Positions 39,195 through 50,726 are shown, numbered from the stretch's first letter. The stretch: DNA of 64,000 bases from Nitrospirae bacterium MYbin3 (GCA_002753335.1 PEAD01000011.1:1-64000), one strand, 5' to 3'. The notes: a model not told the origin generated them from the letters alone. Numbers and translations are program-made.

Positions 39195-40444
39195 AGGTAT
39201 CGTCCGACAATTTCAAGCGCTTTTTCTGAAACACCGGCGTTCTGTTCATAAAGTTCTTGTGCCTTGCGCCCCATCGCGTCTTTTATATCCTGAGAATCTA
39301 AAATTTTCTTAAGTGTAAACACAAGCTCTTCTTGCTGTGTTTGCATTGCCGCGCCTGATTCATAAAAGTCTTTCATAAACGGAAAGTTTTCCATATGCGG
39401 CCCGCAAACAACCGCCTTGCCCCAGCATGCCGGTTCAAGCGGGTTCTGACCGCCATGGGGGATAAAACTTCCGCCCATAACCGCAATGTCCACAGCTCCA
39501 TATACAGACGAAAGCTCCCCTATCACATCAAGCAAGACAACTGTTCCTGATAGAGAATTGGCAGCATACAACAGCTTAAGCTCCGACCGTTTAGTCATCT
39601 GCAATCCCTTCTTTTCAACAAGCTCCTCCACCTCTTTAAACCTCTCGGGGTGTCGCGGCGCAAGTATAAGGTTTAGATTGTCGAACCGCTGTTTCAGCTC
39701 TGCATATGCATCAAGCAAAATCTCTTCTTCTCGCCTGTGAGTGCTTCCGCCTATAATTATCTGGCCCTTTAAAACAGCGGTCCACTCCGGTGTTGATGCA
39801 GGCCTCGGGGTGTCAAACTTCAGATTGCCTAACGCGACAACCTTTCTGGGTTCTGCTCCAAGAGCGATCATTCTTTCGGCATAGATTTTATTTTGCATAC
39901 AAAAAAGGCTTATATTGCTGAGCACATCTTTTAGAAAAAACTTCAGCTTTAAATATCCTGAAAAAGACTTCTCTGAAATCCTTCCGTTTAAAAGAAGAAC
40001 CGGAACTCCCGCCCTTTCTGCTTCGCCTATCATATTTGGCCAGAGCTCGGTCTCCATTATTACGAGCAAAGAGGGGGCCAGGCTTTTTATCGCACTGCGA
40101 ACTGTACTGCCTAAATCAAATGGAACATAGATAACATTTGCTATACTGCCGAGCCGTTCATTTGCAACTTTTTGGCCGGTATCGGTAACTGTTGAAAGGA
40201 CTATTTCTGTTTGCGGATATTTTTCTTTTATCTTTTTTATAAAAGGCGCAACAGCAATCGTCTCTCCGACAGAGACCGCATGTATCCATATAGTCTTTTG
40301 ATGCCGGTTGTTTTGTGATGGGCCAATAAAGCCCAATCTTTCTTTAAGCCAGCGTTTTCTAAGGTCTTTAGGCCGCTTCAGATATTCGAAAGGCAGGATA
40401 AAACAAAGCGCAGCAAAATAAATTATAGTGTATATAAAACGCAT
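39191..40444 (-). CDS. waaA: Kdo transferase
   Basis: WIHAVSVGE, ETELWPN, APRHPER, GGQNPLEP. Confidence 0.95.
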   Translation of the reverse strand: MRFIYTIIYFAALCFILPFEYLKRPKDLRKRWLKERLGFIGPSQNNRHQKTIWIHAVSVGETIAVAPFIKKIKEKYPQTEIVLSTVTDTGQKVANERLGSIANVIYVPFDLGSTVRSAIKSLAPSLLVIMETELWPNMIGEAERAGVPVLLLNGRISEKSFSGYLKLKFFLKDVLSNISLFCMQNKIYAERMIALGAEPRKVVALGNLKFDTPRPASTPEWTAVLKGQIIIGGSTHRREEEILLDAYAELKQRFDNLNLILAPRHPERFKEVEELVEKKGLQMTKRSELKLLYAANSLSGTVVLLDVIGELSSVYGAVDIAVMGGSFIPHGGQNPLEPACWGKAVVCGPHMENFPFMKDFYESGAAMQTQQEELVFTLKKILDSQDIKDAMGRKAQELYEQNAGVSEKALEIVGRYL

Positions 40445-40450
40445 TCCGCG

Positions 40451-42178
40451 TTATAAATTGTCCGTTTCTCCGGCCGAAAGTTGGAGATCATAAAGCCTTC
40501 TGTATGTGCCGCCGCTTTTCATAAGCTCTTCGTGGGAGCCTGTCTCGACTATTCTGCCTTTTTCCAGAACCACAATTCTATCAGCCTTTTTAACAGTCGA
40601 AAGCCTGTGGGCTATAACAAAAGTGGTCCGGTTCTGCATTAGAGTATCGAGCGCCATCTGCACCTTCATTTCGGATTCTGTATCGAGCGACGAAGTTGCC
40701 TCATCAAGAATAAGGATTGGCGGATTTTTAAGAATAGCGCGGGCTATCGAAAGTCTTTGTCTCTGCCCGCCGGACACCATTACTCCGCGCTCGCCGATTA
40801 TAGTATCGTAGCCGTTCGGAAGTTCTAGTATGAACTCATGCGCGTAGGCAGCTTTTGCGGCCGCAATAATTTCGTCTTCCGAAGCGCCTGGATTACCAAA
40901 AAGTATGTTGGCCTTAGCCGTATCGTTAAAGAGTATGATGTCCTGACTTACAAGCCCTATCTGTTCACGAAGCGATGCTAGTTTTGCGTTTTTTATATCG
41001 ACCCCATCGATAAATATTCCACCCGAAACAGTATCGTAAAATCTCGGCACCAAATCCGCAAGGCTCGTCTTTCCTGCCCCGCTCCTGCCCACTATCGCTA
41101 TTATCTCGCCTCTTTTCACTTCAAGGTTTATGTTGCTGAGAACATCATTCTTGGAAAGAGGATACCTGAAGGAGACATCTTTAAACTCGATTGAGCATTG
41201 CATAGGCGCAAGCTCTTCATTGCCGTCAGCCTCACATGTTTTTGCAAACAGATCGTCGAGTCTTTCAAGCGCCGCCCTCGACTTTTGAATCCCGTTGTTT
41301 GCCGAAGCAAGCCGTTTGGCCGGAGTGTAAACCATAAATATCGCGGCAAGAAACGAAAAGAAATCACCTGGGCTTATGCTCTCTGCAATTACAAGCCTGC
41401 CGCCGTACCACAGCACAAATGCTATGCCGACCCCCCCCACAACTTCCATAAGCAGCGAGGTGAACTCCATCAACCTTGTTGAACGCATCAGGTCCCGATA
41501 GAAATCCTGATTTTTCCCCGAAAAAATATCCATAAGAGCCTGTTCGCGCCTGAACACCTTTACCATTTTTATGCCGCCAAAGGTTTCTGCCAAGAACTCT
41601 GTGATAATCGATATTTTTTTGTGCGCTTCTATGCTTACCGTCTTTAATCTCTTCCCAAGCTTTTGTACTCCATAAAAAGCGGCCGGAAAAACCGTAATAG
41701 CAAGAATCGCAAGCTCCCACTTTCTGTAAAAGGCCACGCCGAGAAGAACCACAAGGGTGGCTCCTTCAACAAATATATCTTTTACAGCCCCGGCCATAAA
41801 AGACTGGAGCTGCCCGGCATCGTTGATTACTCTCGATAGAATCGAACTTGTTGACTCTTTTTTAAATTCGTTCACAGGCAAAAATAAAAGATGTCTATAA
41901 AGATGATTCCATATATCCCGCATCACCTTCGCGCCGGTTGACCTCATCAGGTAAGCCTGACAGAACGAAAAAACCCCTCGAAGCAGAAAAACAACAAGCA
42001 CTCCAAAAGGAAGCAGCGCAAGGAGAGCAGCATCTTTCTTCAAGAAAATGCCGTCGAGAGCCGGCTTTACAAGCCACGCCAATGCCCCGTTCATTCCGGA
42101 TATGAGAAGGCTAAGAACAATTGCAAGCAGCATGCGGCCCCAGTATGGCTTGACCAGCATAAGCATCCGTTTAAACAT
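40451..42178 (-). CDS. msbA: Lipid A exporter ABC transporter
   Basis: TM domain, GRSGAGKT, SGGQRQR, LDEATS; lipid A cluster context. Confidence 0.9.
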   Translation of the reverse strand: MFKRMLMLVKPYWGRMLLAIVLSLLISGMNGALAWLVKPALDGIFLKKDAALLALLPFGVLVVFLLRGVFSFCQAYLMRSTGAKVMRDIWNHLYRHLLFLPVNEFKKESTSSILSRVINDAGQLQSFMAGAVKDIFVEGATLVVLLGVAFYRKWELAILAITVFPAAFYGVQKLGKRLKTVSIEAHKKISIITEFLAETFGGIKMVKVFRREQALMDIFSGKNQDFYRDLMRSTRLMEFTSLLMEVVGGVGIAFVLWYGGRLVIAESISPGDFFSFLAAIFMVYTPAKRLASANNGIQKSRAALERLDDLFAKTCEADGNEELAPMQCSIEFKDVSFRYPLSKNDVLSNINLEVKRGEIIAIVGRSGAGKTSLADLVPRFYDTVSGGIFIDGVDIKNAKLASLREQIGLVSQDIILFNDTAKANILFGNPGASEDEIIAAAKAAYAHEFILELPNGYDTIIGERGVMVSGGQRQRLSIARAILKNPPILILDEATSSLDTESEMKVQMALDTLMQNRTTFVIAHRLSTVKKADRIVVLEKGRIVETGSHEELMKSGGTYRRLYDLQLSAGETDNL

Positions 42179-43376
42179 AGTTTCTCGCCTCCAGCTCTTC
42201 AACCATCAGAGCAACTTTTCCGGATGCGCTTTTATCAATAAAATAATCAGCAACCACCTTAAATTGAGCCTGCAGTTCGTTCTCATAAGCTTTGTCATCT
42301 AAGATTCTGCTTAATTCGGCGCAAACATTTTCGCTGGACGCATCAGCCTGCAGAAGTTCCTTTATCCTGATCCCATCTTTTTGCATAAAATCGAGTATTA
42401 CATTTGCAAGGGAGAAATGTTGGATCTTGACCACCAGCCTGCCCACAAAATAGCTGAATGCCGAAACTTTATACATCACCACCATCGGCACCCTAAGAAC
42501 CGCAGCCTGCAAAGTAGAGGTGCCTGATGCTATAACCGAAGCATCTGCAGATAAAAGCGCTTCTATAGAGTTTTCGACGATTATCAGCTGCCCCGCAGAA
42601 AATAATTTCAGCATGCCAAGCATCTCAGCACGAACCTCCGGATTTAAATTGGGAGCGACCGGCATCACAAACTGAAATCCACGATCCCTGATTCTGGCAT
42701 CATTCATCGAATCTATTATAACCGGCATTAGCTTCAATATCTCATGCCGGCGGCTTCCGGGCATAAGAGCCATCGTTGCTTTTGCTGGATCAAGGCCGAG
42801 TTTTTTACGGAATGTCTGTTTTAGCTCCTCAGAACCGATTTGCGGAACCGCAAACCCGGCGCCGGCAAGAACTTCTGTTATCTCGTCTATTATAGGATGG
42901 CCTACAAATTCGCACTCAACCCCTGCATCATGATACAGTTTTTCCTCAAAGGGAAGTATAAGCGCCATTTTATGAATGATTCTCTTGAGGGTATTTATTC
43001 TGTTCTTGCGCCACGCCCAGACCTGCGGGCTCACATAATAAAGTATTGCTGCTCCCTGCCCCTTTACGGCTTGGGCAATGCGCATATTGAAATCAGGATA
43101 ATCTATGAGAACAAGAACCTGCGGCCTGAGAGTTTTTATGGCGGTCAATATTTTTTGAAAAGTTTTTTGTGTTTCTAAGAGCGTTTTAAACACCTCTGTC
43201 AACCCAAATGAAGCGGTTATCCCAGAAATCAGCTCCACACCGGCTGCAGCCATCTTCTCCCCGCCCATTCCTGTTATGCTTATTTCGCGGTGCCTCTTCT
43301 TAAGCTCTCGGGCAAGCAGCGCGCCGTACAACTCGCCGGAGCTTTCCCCGGCGATTATCATCACCCTTTCAAGCAT
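42171..43376 (-). CDS. lpxB: Lipid A disaccharide synthase
   Basis: AGESSG, IDYPDFN, SPQVWAWR, PGSR, SGT. Confidence 0.95.
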   Translation of the reverse strand: MLERVMIIAGESSGELYGALLARELKKRHREISITGMGGEKMAAAGVELISGITASFGLTEVFKTLLETQKTFQKILTAIKTLRPQVLVLIDYPDFNMRIAQAVKGQGAAILYYVSPQVWAWRKNRINTLKRIIHKMALILPFEEKLYHDAGVECEFVGHPIIDEITEVLAGAGFAVPQIGSEELKQTFRKKLGLDPAKATMALMPGSRRHEILKLMPVIIDSMNDARIRDRGFQFVMPVAPNLNPEVRAEMLGMLKLFSAGQLIIVENSIEALLSADASVIASGTSTLQAAVLRVPMVVMYKVSAFSYFVGRLVVKIQHFSLANVILDFMQKDGIRIKELLQADASSENVCAELSRILDDKAYENELQAQFKVVADYFIDKSASGKVALMVEELEARNYV

Positions 43377-44458
43377 TGCAGAATAACTGCGGCCGTCTCC
43401 TGAATGTCGCTCTCTTGGAGCTCCGGATACATCGGCAAAGAAAGCACCTCAAGCGCAGCCTTTTCTGCTTCAGGAAACGTGCCTTTTTTGTGGCCCATAA
43501 AATTCAATGCTTCCTGAAGATGGAGGGGAATCGGATAATAGACTACCGATGATATGCCCTTTTCTTTTAGCCGCTGCTGTATTGCATCCCGTTTGGGGCT
43601 TCTTATTGTGTATTGATGATAGACATGGTATGCGCCCGGCATTTCAATAGGGCAGTCCACAGTCCCGGAGAGCAGCCCGCAATAAGCAGATGCTTTTCCC
43701 CTGCGCATTCTGTTGTACTCGTCTATTCTTTTCAGTTTGACAAGCAGCACTCCCGCCTGTATTTCATCCAGCCTGCTGTTGTATCCGAGACTCTCATGCC
43801 TGTAGCCTCCTGCTGAACCATGATTTCTAAGTTTTTTTATCTCTTCGGCAGCAGCCATATTGTTTAGCACAATCATGCCGCCGTCGCCGTATGCGCCCAA
43901 ATTCTTGCTCGGATAAAAGCTGAAACATCCGGCATCGCCAAAACTTCCGGTCTTTTGACCTTTTAAAGATGCGCCGAAAGACTGGGCGCAGTCTTCAACA
44001 ATACGCAGATTGTATTTTTTTGCGATCTCTATTATGCGTTCCATATCTGCCGGATGGCCGAACATATGCACCGGAACTATTGCGCGGGTCTTGTCCGTTA
44101 TCTTTTCCTCTATCCTGGCTGCGTCTATGTTGTAGGTTTCACCGTCTATGTCAACAAAAACAGGCTTTGCGCCAACATAAAGTATCGCTTCAACCGTGGC
44201 AAAAAATGTAAACGGCGTTGTAATAACCTCATCGCCCTCGCCGATACCCAGCGCTTTCAATGCAAGATGAAGAGCATCCGTTCCTGAAGCCACGCCTACG
44301 GCATTGCTTGCGCCATGATAGGCCATTATCCGCTTTTCGAGCTCAAGAACATTCTTGCCCAATACATATTGGGAGCTTTCGAGTATTTCATTTAATGCCT
44401 CAAAGATTTCATCCTTGATCGACAAATACTGTTTTTTTAGATCTATCATCGGTTTCAT
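43361..44458 (-). CDS. DegT/DnrJ aminotransferase, GnnB-like
   Basis: SGTDAL, EDCAQ, SFYPSKNLG; directly upstream of lpxB. Confidence 0.88.
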   Translation of the reverse strand: MKPMIDLKKQYLSIKDEIFEALNEILESSQYVLGKNVLELEKRIMAYHGASNAVGVASGTDALHLALKALGIGEGDEVITTPFTFFATVEAILYVGAKPVFVDIDGETYNIDAARIEEKITDKTRAIVPVHMFGHPADMERIIEIAKKYNLRIVEDCAQSFGASLKGQKTGSFGDAGCFSFYPSKNLGAYGDGGMIVLNNMAAAEEIKKLRNHGSAGGYRHESLGYNSRLDEIQAGVLLVKLKRIDEYNRMRRGKASAYCGLLSGTVDCPIEMPGAYHVYHQYTIRSPKRDAIQQRLKEKGISSVVYYPIPLHLQEALNFMGHKKGTFPEAEKAALEVLSLPMYPELQESDIQETAAVILQCLKG

Positions 44459-44463
44459 ATTTT

Positions 44464-45396
44464 TTATGCTCCTTGCCGGTTATTCTTTATCATCTGGCTT
44501 ATCCGCAAAACAAGCTCCAACGCCTCTCTTCCGTCCAAAGCCGAAACAAGAGGCCGCTTTTTTTGAACAATGCAGCGAATGAAATCCTGCAGTTCTTCCT
44601 TAAGCGGCTCTTTTTTTTCTACAAATATTTCTTCTGCTCCGTAAACGCCGTCTTTACGGGTAAAGCGTTTTATCGCCATAGCCTGATAGTCGAGCGACAA
44701 ACAAGCCCCCTTCTGCAGCATAAGCATCCTGCGTGATTTTGCTTCGGATATTCTGCTTGCGGTCAACGAAGCGCAGCAGCCGTCGTCAAACTCGAGCCAG
44801 GCCTTGGCAAAATCTATATTTTCGGTCAGCATCATTGCGCCGGAGCCCCTTATCTCTTTTACCTTTGCACCATCGCGTTTTTTCAGAGCCAGAAGAATAT
44901 CAACATCATGGATCATCAAATCGAGAGTTATGTCTATATCAAGACTTCTGCCCAAAAACGGCGAGAGACGCTCTGTTTCTATATATGTCAAATGCGACGA
45001 CAAATCGAATGCCTTGACAACAACCGGATTGAATCTTTCGAGCAATCCGACCTGAACAATCAAGCCGGCCTTATCGGCAGCCTCAATAAGGCGGTCAGCC
45101 TCTTCAAGCGTTGCGGTCAATGGCTTTTCGATCAACAGATGCTTGCCTTTTGAAATACAGGTTGCGGCAGCTTCATAGTGCGCTATCGTAGGGGTTGCGA
45201 TGCTTAGCGCATCCGTTTTGTCGATTATGTCGTTGATTTCGGCAAATGCCTCGCATCCGTATTTTGCAGCTATTTCTTTTGCCCTTTCCAAATCAGCATC
45301 AACAACACCAACAAGCCGAGCCCCTTCAATTTCGGAAAAAATCCGTGCATGATGCTGCCCTAGATAACCAACCCCTATAACACCAACATTAACCAA
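44464..45396 (-). CDS. Gfo/Idh/MocA oxidoreductase, GnnA-like
   Basis: GVGYLG, EKP, ERFNP, DLMIHD; start uncertain (TTG 45396 chosen, ORF opens at 45420). Confidence 0.85.
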   Translation of the reverse strand: MVNVGVIGVGYLGQHHARIFSEIEGARLVGVVDADLERAKEIAAKYGCEAFAEINDIIDKTDALSIATPTIAHYEAAATCISKGKHLLIEKPLTATLEEADRLIEAADKAGLIVQVGLLERFNPVVVKAFDLSSHLTYIETERLSPFLGRSLDIDITLDLMIHDVDILLALKKRDGAKVKEIRGSGAMMLTENIDFAKAWLEFDDGCCASLTASRISEAKSRRMLMLQKGACLSLDYQAMAIKRFTRKDGVYGAEEIFVEKKEPLKEELQDFIRCIVQKKRPLVSALDGREALELVLRISQMIKNNRQGA

Positions 45397-46033
45397 CTTT
45401 GTTTCTCCGCAGTGCATCAAACGATTTTTCTATTTCATTTTTCACTATAGTAAAGCCTTTTGACCGAAGCTTTTCTAATGTTTGTTTTGATGCTGTTGTT
45501 TTTAAAAATTTTTCCCTATCACACTTATTCAAAAGCTCTTTCAACGCCTTTTCTCTCATCTTTTTCATAAACCGGAGAAACCTGCCGATGTCCGACGGAT
45601 AAAGCTGTTCAAGCTCTTCTCTTATCGTTTTAGAAAAGGCCGGGCTAGCGCCTGAGGTGGAAACCGCAATTGCAAGCGGCTCTCTCGATATGACAGCCGG
45701 GGCTATAAAATTAGCTAATTCGGGCTGGTCAATAACATTGACAAGATATTCTGCATCGGCCGACACAGAATTATTAACCTCTTTGTCAGAAGATGCGGCG
45801 ATAACCAGAAAAGCACCCCTTAGGTCGCCTTTCTGGTATCGCCGCTCAATATGAATAATTTTTCTTTTTGCTTTATGTTTTCTCAGCCCCTCGGTAATTA
45901 CAGGACTGATAACCTTTATAACCCCGCCGGCGCTTACAAGCTGTGAAACTTTTCTCTCCGCAACCCTGCCGCCGCCCACAACAACACATTTCTTCCCCTT
46001 CAAACTTATGAAGGCGGGATAATAAAGGCTCAC
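45389..46033 (-). CDS. Precorrin-2 dehydrogenase / sirohydrochlorin ferrochelatase (CysG-N, SirC-like)
   Basis: YYPAFI, VVGGGRVAERK, AVSTSGASP. Confidence 0.9.
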   Translation of the reverse strand: MSLYYPAFISLKGKKCVVVGGGRVAERKVSQLVSAGGVIKVISPVITEGLRKHKAKRKIIHIERRYQKGDLRGAFLVIAASSDKEVNNSVSADAEYLVNVIDQPELANFIAPAVISREPLAIAVSTSGASPAFSKTIREELEQLYPSDIGRFLRFMKKMREKALKELLNKCDREKFLKTTASKQTLEKLRSKGFTIVKNEIEKSFDALRRNKVG

Positions 46034-46794
46034 AACTGTTTCTTTGCCTCTGCGGCCGATTTGCTCTTAGGGTAGGTCTCTATGAGTTTTTGGAAAATTT
46101 CTTTAGCTTTAGCGGTATTTTTTAACGCCTTATATGATTTGCCGAGCAAAAGCAGGGCTTCGTCGGTTTCTTTGTAGTCCGGGAATTTTTTAAGCAGCCC
46201 TTCTATCCTTTGAATCGCCGCAAAATAAGATTCCTTCTTGTGATAAAACTGCGCAACAATAAATTCTCCTTCAGCAATTATGTTTCTGCATTTCTCTATG
46301 CGAAGCTCTACCGCTTCACGATAAGGATTTCTCGGATAAAGCTCCTTCAGCCTTCGGAATTCATGCAGCGCTTTTTGTGCTGCTCCGGATCCCCTGTCGG
46401 CCGCCTCTATCTGTGCAAAATATGCCATCGCTATCTGGTACTGGGCATACGGCGCATTCTGATTATCCGGATAAAGTTCAAGGAATTTGCGGTATTCTTC
46501 AACACCAAGATCTATATCATTATCCTTGATGTAGGAGTCCGCTATCTTAAGCTGTGCCATCGGAGCGAATTTTTTTGATGTCTCCCTGTTCTTGACTTCG
46601 AGCAGGGTTTTTCTGGCCTCTTCGTACTCTTGATCCCTAACCTGCTTGTCCGCAAGTAAAAGCTGCTTTTCAGGGTCAAAAACCTCTTCCTTTACAGGCT
46701 TCTTGCCTCCGCAGGATGTTATTAAAAAAGCGGTCAAGCAAAAAATGAAAAATGCGAACAACGTATTATTCTTTGATTTTCCGGAAAAATTCAT
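46030..46794 (-). CDS. bamD: Outer membrane protein assembly factor BamD
   Basis: Lipobox ITSC, TPR repeats, FLELYP, YAQYQIAM. Confidence 0.88.
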   Translation of the reverse strand: MNFSGKSKNNTLFAFFIFCLTAFLITSCGGKKPVKEEVFDPEKQLLLADKQVRDQEYEEARKTLLEVKNRETSKKFAPMAQLKIADSYIKDNDIDLGVEEYRKFLELYPDNQNAPYAQYQIAMAYFAQIEAADRGSGAAQKALHEFRRLKELYPRNPYREAVELRIEKCRNIIAEGEFIVAQFYHKKESYFAAIQRIEGLLKKFPDYKETDEALLLLGKSYKALKNTAKAKEIFQKLIETYPKSKSAAEAKKQL

Positions 46795-46923
46795 AGCATA
46801 TATTTAAGCCTTTATTTTCCACTTTAGTCAAGCCGCTCTATTTTTTTGCTGGAAAAAAATCATCCGTATATTTATAATAAAAATCTTGCTAAATTTTGGG
46901 CTGTTTTTCATAGGAGGATATAG

Positions 46924-47424
46924 ATGCATCTCAAAGGAAAGGTCTGGAAATTCGGCAACGATATAGATACCGATGCAATAATCCCGGCAAGGTATCTGAA
47001 CACCTCAGACCCGAAAGAGCTTGCCAAACATGTGATGGAAGATGCTGATAAGGATTTTCCTAGCAAGATGCAGGCGGGAGACATTATTGTGGCGGGTAAA
47101 AATTTTGGCTGCGGTTCTTCAAGAGAACATGCGCCGATTGCATTAAAAGCTGCAGGAATCAATGCGGTGATCGCAAGAAGTTTTGCCAGAATCTTTTACA
47201 GAAATGCCTTCAACATAGGGCTTCCGATCTTTGAATCAACAGATGCATCAGAACATATTCAGGAAGGGGATGCAATAGAGATAGATGCCGGGAACGGCAC
47301 TGTAAAAAATCTTTCTGCTGGCAAAGAATATTCGGCAAAACCTATTCCGCCTTTTATGCGGGAATTAATTTCTGCAGGCGGATTGATCGAATGGACAAAA
47401 AACAAGATGAAGGGAGCCGCTTAA
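46924..47424 (+). CDS. leuD: 3-isopropylmalate dehydratase small subunit
   Basis: DTDAIIPARYL, NFGCGSSREHA. Confidence 0.93.
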   Translation: MHLKGKVWKFGNDIDTDAIIPARYLNTSDPKELAKHVMEDADKDFPSKMQAGDIIVAGKNFGCGSSREHAPIALKAAGINAVIARSFARIFYRNAFNIGLPIFESTDASEHIQEGDAIEIDAGNGTVKNLSAGKEYSAKPIPPFMRELISAGGLIEWTKNKMKGAA

Positions 47425-48497
47425 TGGGCAAAACCTACAATATCGCAGTAATAGGCGGAGACGGCACCGGCCCTGAGGTTGTGGCAGAGGGCCTTAAAGT
47501 TATCAACGCCGCCGCAGAAAAATTTGGGTTCAAGCTTAATCTTCAGGACTACGACTTTGGCGGGGACAGGTATCTCAAAACCGGCGAGGTTCTGCCTGAC
47601 AGCGCAACTAACGAACTAAAAAAACATGATGCGATATTTCTTGGAGCAATAGGACACCCTGATGTAAAACCCGGAATACTTGAAAAAGGCATTCTGTTAA
47701 GGCTTCGCTTTGAGCTTGACCTTTATGTGAATCTAAGACCGGTTAAGCTTTACCCGGGAGTTGAGTGTCCGTTGAAAGACAAGGGACCGGAACATATAGA
47801 TTTCGTTGTTGTCCGTGAAAATACCGAAGGCCTCTATGCCGGTGCAGGCGGCGTTTTGAAAAAGGGTACTCAGGACGAGATCGCGGTTCAGGAATCTATA
47901 AACACAAGAAAAGGCGTAGAACGCTGCATCCGTTATGCATTTGAATACTGCAAAAAAAGAAATAAAGAAAATAAGCTTACGCTCTGCGGAAAAACCAATG
48001 TTCTGACCTTTGCCTTTGATCTTTGGGAGAGAGCATTTTACGAAGTTGCCAGAGAATATCCGCAGATAAAAGCGGACTATGCCCATGTTGACGCAATCAC
48101 AATGTGGTTTGTTAAAAACCCGGAATGGTTTGATGTGATAGTAACCGACAATATGTTCGGCGACATCATAACCGACCTCGGAGCGATGATTCAGGGCGGC
48201 ATGGGGATTGCGGCCGGAGGCAATATAAATCCGACCGGTGTTTCTATGTTCGAGCCTATTGGTGGTTCAGCGCCTAAATACAAAGGCCAAAACATCATAA
48301 ATCCGCTTGCAGCGATTTGCGCCGGAGCAATGATGCTTGACCACCTTGGCGAAAGCAAGGCGGCTGCTGCAATAGAAAAAGCTGTAATGATTGTGACAGG
48401 ACAAAAACTTAAAAGCCTTGCTGCCGGCAAAATGGGATATTCAACGACCGAAGTCGGAGACCTAACGGTAAAATACATGCAGGACATAAAGGAGTAG
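47424..48497 (+). CDS. leuB: 3-isopropylmalate dehydrogenase
   Basis: [24 protein letters not shown]. Confidence 0.92.
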   Translation: MGKTYNIAVIGGDGTGPEVVAEGLKVINAAAEKFGFKLNLQDYDFGGDRYLKTGEVLPDSATNELKKHDAIFLGAIGHPDVKPGILEKGILLRLRFELDLYVNLRPVKLYPGVECPLKDKGPEHIDFVVVRENTEGLYAGAGGVLKKGTQDEIAVQESINTRKGVERCIRYAFEYCKKRNKENKLTLCGKTNVLTFAFDLWERAFYEVAREYPQIKADYAHVDAITMWFVKNPEWFDVIVTDNMFGDIITDLGAMIQGGMGIAAGGNINPTGVSMFEPIGGSAPKYKGQNIINPLAAICAGAMMLDHLGESKAAAAIEKAVMIVTGQKLKSLAAGKMGYSTTEVGDLTVKYMQDIKE

Positions 48498-48501
48498 CAG
48501 C

Positions 48502-49515
48502 ATGCTCAAAAAGAAACAGAAATACATTGTGGCGGTTGTCGGCGCAACAGGAGCTGTCGGCAATGAGATGATAGAAACGCTTGAGAAAAGAAATTTTCCT
48601 ATAGAAAAGCTCCGGTTGTTCGCCTCAGAAAAGTCCGAGGGGAAAACACTACCGTACAAAGGCGCCGAGATTAAAGTTGAGGCGCTGAACGAGAGTTCGT
48701 TCAAAGGTATCGATATAGCGCTTTTTTCGGCCGGCGCCGAACGTTCCAAAATATGGGCACCCATAGCAGCAAAATCCGGTTGTGTCGTTATAGACAACTC
48801 CAGCGAATGGAGAATGGACCCGACCGTTCCGTTGGTTGTTCCTGAAGTAAACAGCCATGATCTTGCCTGGCATAAAGGCATAATCGCCAACCCAAACTGT
48901 TCCACTATACAGATGGTGGTTGTTTTGAAGCCTATCCACGATGCAGCTAAAATCAAACGGGTTATTGTAACCACCTTCCAAGCAGTATCCGGCACAGGTA
49001 AAAAAGCTATGGACGAACTGCTTTTGCAGACAACCGACATCTTGAACTTCAGGGAACCAAAGTGCACCGTATATCCTCACCAGATAGCCTTTAATGTGCT
49101 TCCTCATATAGACAAGTTTCTCGAAAACGGATACACAAAAGAAGAGATGAAAATGACCAATGAGACTAAGAAAATAATGGGTGATGATTCGGTAAAGGTC
49201 ACCGCAACAACTGTTAGAGTGCCTGTTTTCAGAGGGCATTCAGAGTCCCTGAACATCGAAACAGAAAAAAAGATAACCGCAAATGAGGTGCGTTCTGTGC
49301 TTGCTGCAGCTCCGGGAGTGGTTGTTTTTGATGCACCAGAAAAAAATGTTTATCCATTGCCAAAAGCAATAGAAGGACTTGACGATACTTATGTAGGCAG
49401 GATTAGGGAGGATGAAACCATCCCCAATGGAATAAATATGTGGATTGTGGCCGACAACCTGAAAAAAGGCGCGGCCCTTAATGCGGTTCAGATAGCGGAA
49501 GCGCTGATTAAATAA
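48502..49515 (+). CDS. asd: Aspartate-semialdehyde dehydrogenase
   Basis: GATGAVG, NPNCST, DNLKKGAALNAVQI. Confidence 0.96.
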   Translation: MLKKKQKYIVAVVGATGAVGNEMIETLEKRNFPIEKLRLFASEKSEGKTLPYKGAEIKVEALNESSFKGIDIALFSAGAERSKIWAPIAAKSGCVVIDNSSEWRMDPTVPLVVPEVNSHDLAWHKGIIANPNCSTIQMVVVLKPIHDAAKIKRVIVTTFQAVSGTGKKAMDELLLQTTDILNFREPKCTVYPHQIAFNVLPHIDKFLENGYTKEEMKMTNETKKIMGDDSVKVTATTVRVPVFRGHSESLNIETEKKITANEVRSVLAAAPGVVVFDAPEKNVYPLPKAIEGLDDTYVGRIREDETIPNGINMWIVADNLKKGAALNAVQIAEALIK

Positions 49516-49538
49516 AACTATAAAACGGAGGTGGAATT

Positions 49539-50708
49539 ATGACAACAAGCAAAAAACAGGACAACAGAGACTATCTTTTCACATCGGAGTCTGTTACAGA
49601 AGGGCATCCGGATAAGATAGCCGATCAAATATCGGACGGAATCCTTGACGCGATCATAGCACAAGACCCTACCGCGAGGGTGGCATGCGAATGTCTTGTG
49701 ACAACAGGGCTTGCCTTTGTTGCAGGAGAAATTACAACCAACTGCTATGTGCATATACCCGAAATAGTAAGAGACACCATCAAAGAAATAGGCTATACAA
49801 GAGCTAAATATGGGTTTGATTATGAAACCTGCGCGGTGGTAACTTCCATAGACAAGCAATCTGGCGATATAGCGATGGGTGTTGATGTCGGCGGTGCAGG
49901 CGATCAGGGCCTCATGTTCGGCTTTGCGTGCGACGAAACTCCTGAATTAATGCCTATGACCATCATGCTTGCCCACAAGCTCACAAGAAAGCTTACCGAA
50001 GTAAGAAAACAGGATGTACTCGGCTATCTCAGGCCGGACGGCAAGTCTCAGGTTTCAATAGAGTATAAAGACGGGAAGCCGCATAAGGTTCGCACAGTTG
50101 TTATTTCTTCACAACACAGCCCTGACATAACACTCAAAGAGCTGCGGGAAGATGTCATAGAAAAAGTTATTAAGCCTGTTATTCCTAAAGAGCTTCTTGA
50201 TGAAGAATCGATCATTTATCACATTAACCCCACAGGCCGTTTCGTTGTAGGCGGGCCTCAGGGTGATACCGGCCTTACCGGCAGAAAAATAATAGTTGAC
50301 ACTTACGGCGGAGTCGGAAGCCACGGCGGCGGATGTTTCTCGGGCAAGGATCCGTCAAAGGTTGACCGTTCGGCTTCGTACATGGCGAGATACATAGCAA
50401 AAAACATCGTTGCCTCCGGTATAGCAGCAAGGTGTGAAATCCAGCTTGCATATGCCATCGGAGTACCTGAACCGGTATCTGTTTTTGTTGACACATTTGG
50501 TACTGGCAAGATAGCCGAAAAAGAGATATCAAAACTTATAGTTAAAAATTTCGATATGACACCAAAAGGCATCATCGAAAAGCTCGATCTCAGAAAGCCT
50601 GTTTACAAGAAAACCGCTGCCTACGGCCATTTTGGCAGGAACGAACCGGGCTTCACTTGGGAGGTTACCAACCTAGCCGAAACGCTTAAAAAGCAGGCGG
50701 GCGTCTAA
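49539..50708 (+). CDS. metK: S-adenosylmethionine synthetase
   Basis: [28 protein letters not shown]. Confidence 0.97.
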   Translation: MTTSKKQDNRDYLFTSESVTEGHPDKIADQISDGILDAIIAQDPTARVACECLVTTGLAFVAGEITTNCYVHIPEIVRDTIKEIGYTRAKYGFDYETCAVVTSIDKQSGDIAMGVDVGGAGDQGLMFGFACDETPELMPMTIMLAHKLTRKLTEVRKQDVLGYLRPDGKSQVSIEYKDGKPHKVRTVVISSQHSPDITLKELREDVIEKVIKPVIPKELLDEESIIYHINPTGRFVVGGPQGDTGLTGRKIIVDTYGGVGSHGGGCFSGKDPSKVDRSASYMARYIAKNIVASGIAARCEIQLAYAIGVPEPVSVFVDTFGTGKIAEKEISKLIVKNFDMTPKGIIEKLDLRKPVYKKTAAYGHFGRNEPGFTWEVTNLAETLKKQAGV

Positions 50709-50726
50709 TTTTTCGAATTGCAAAAC

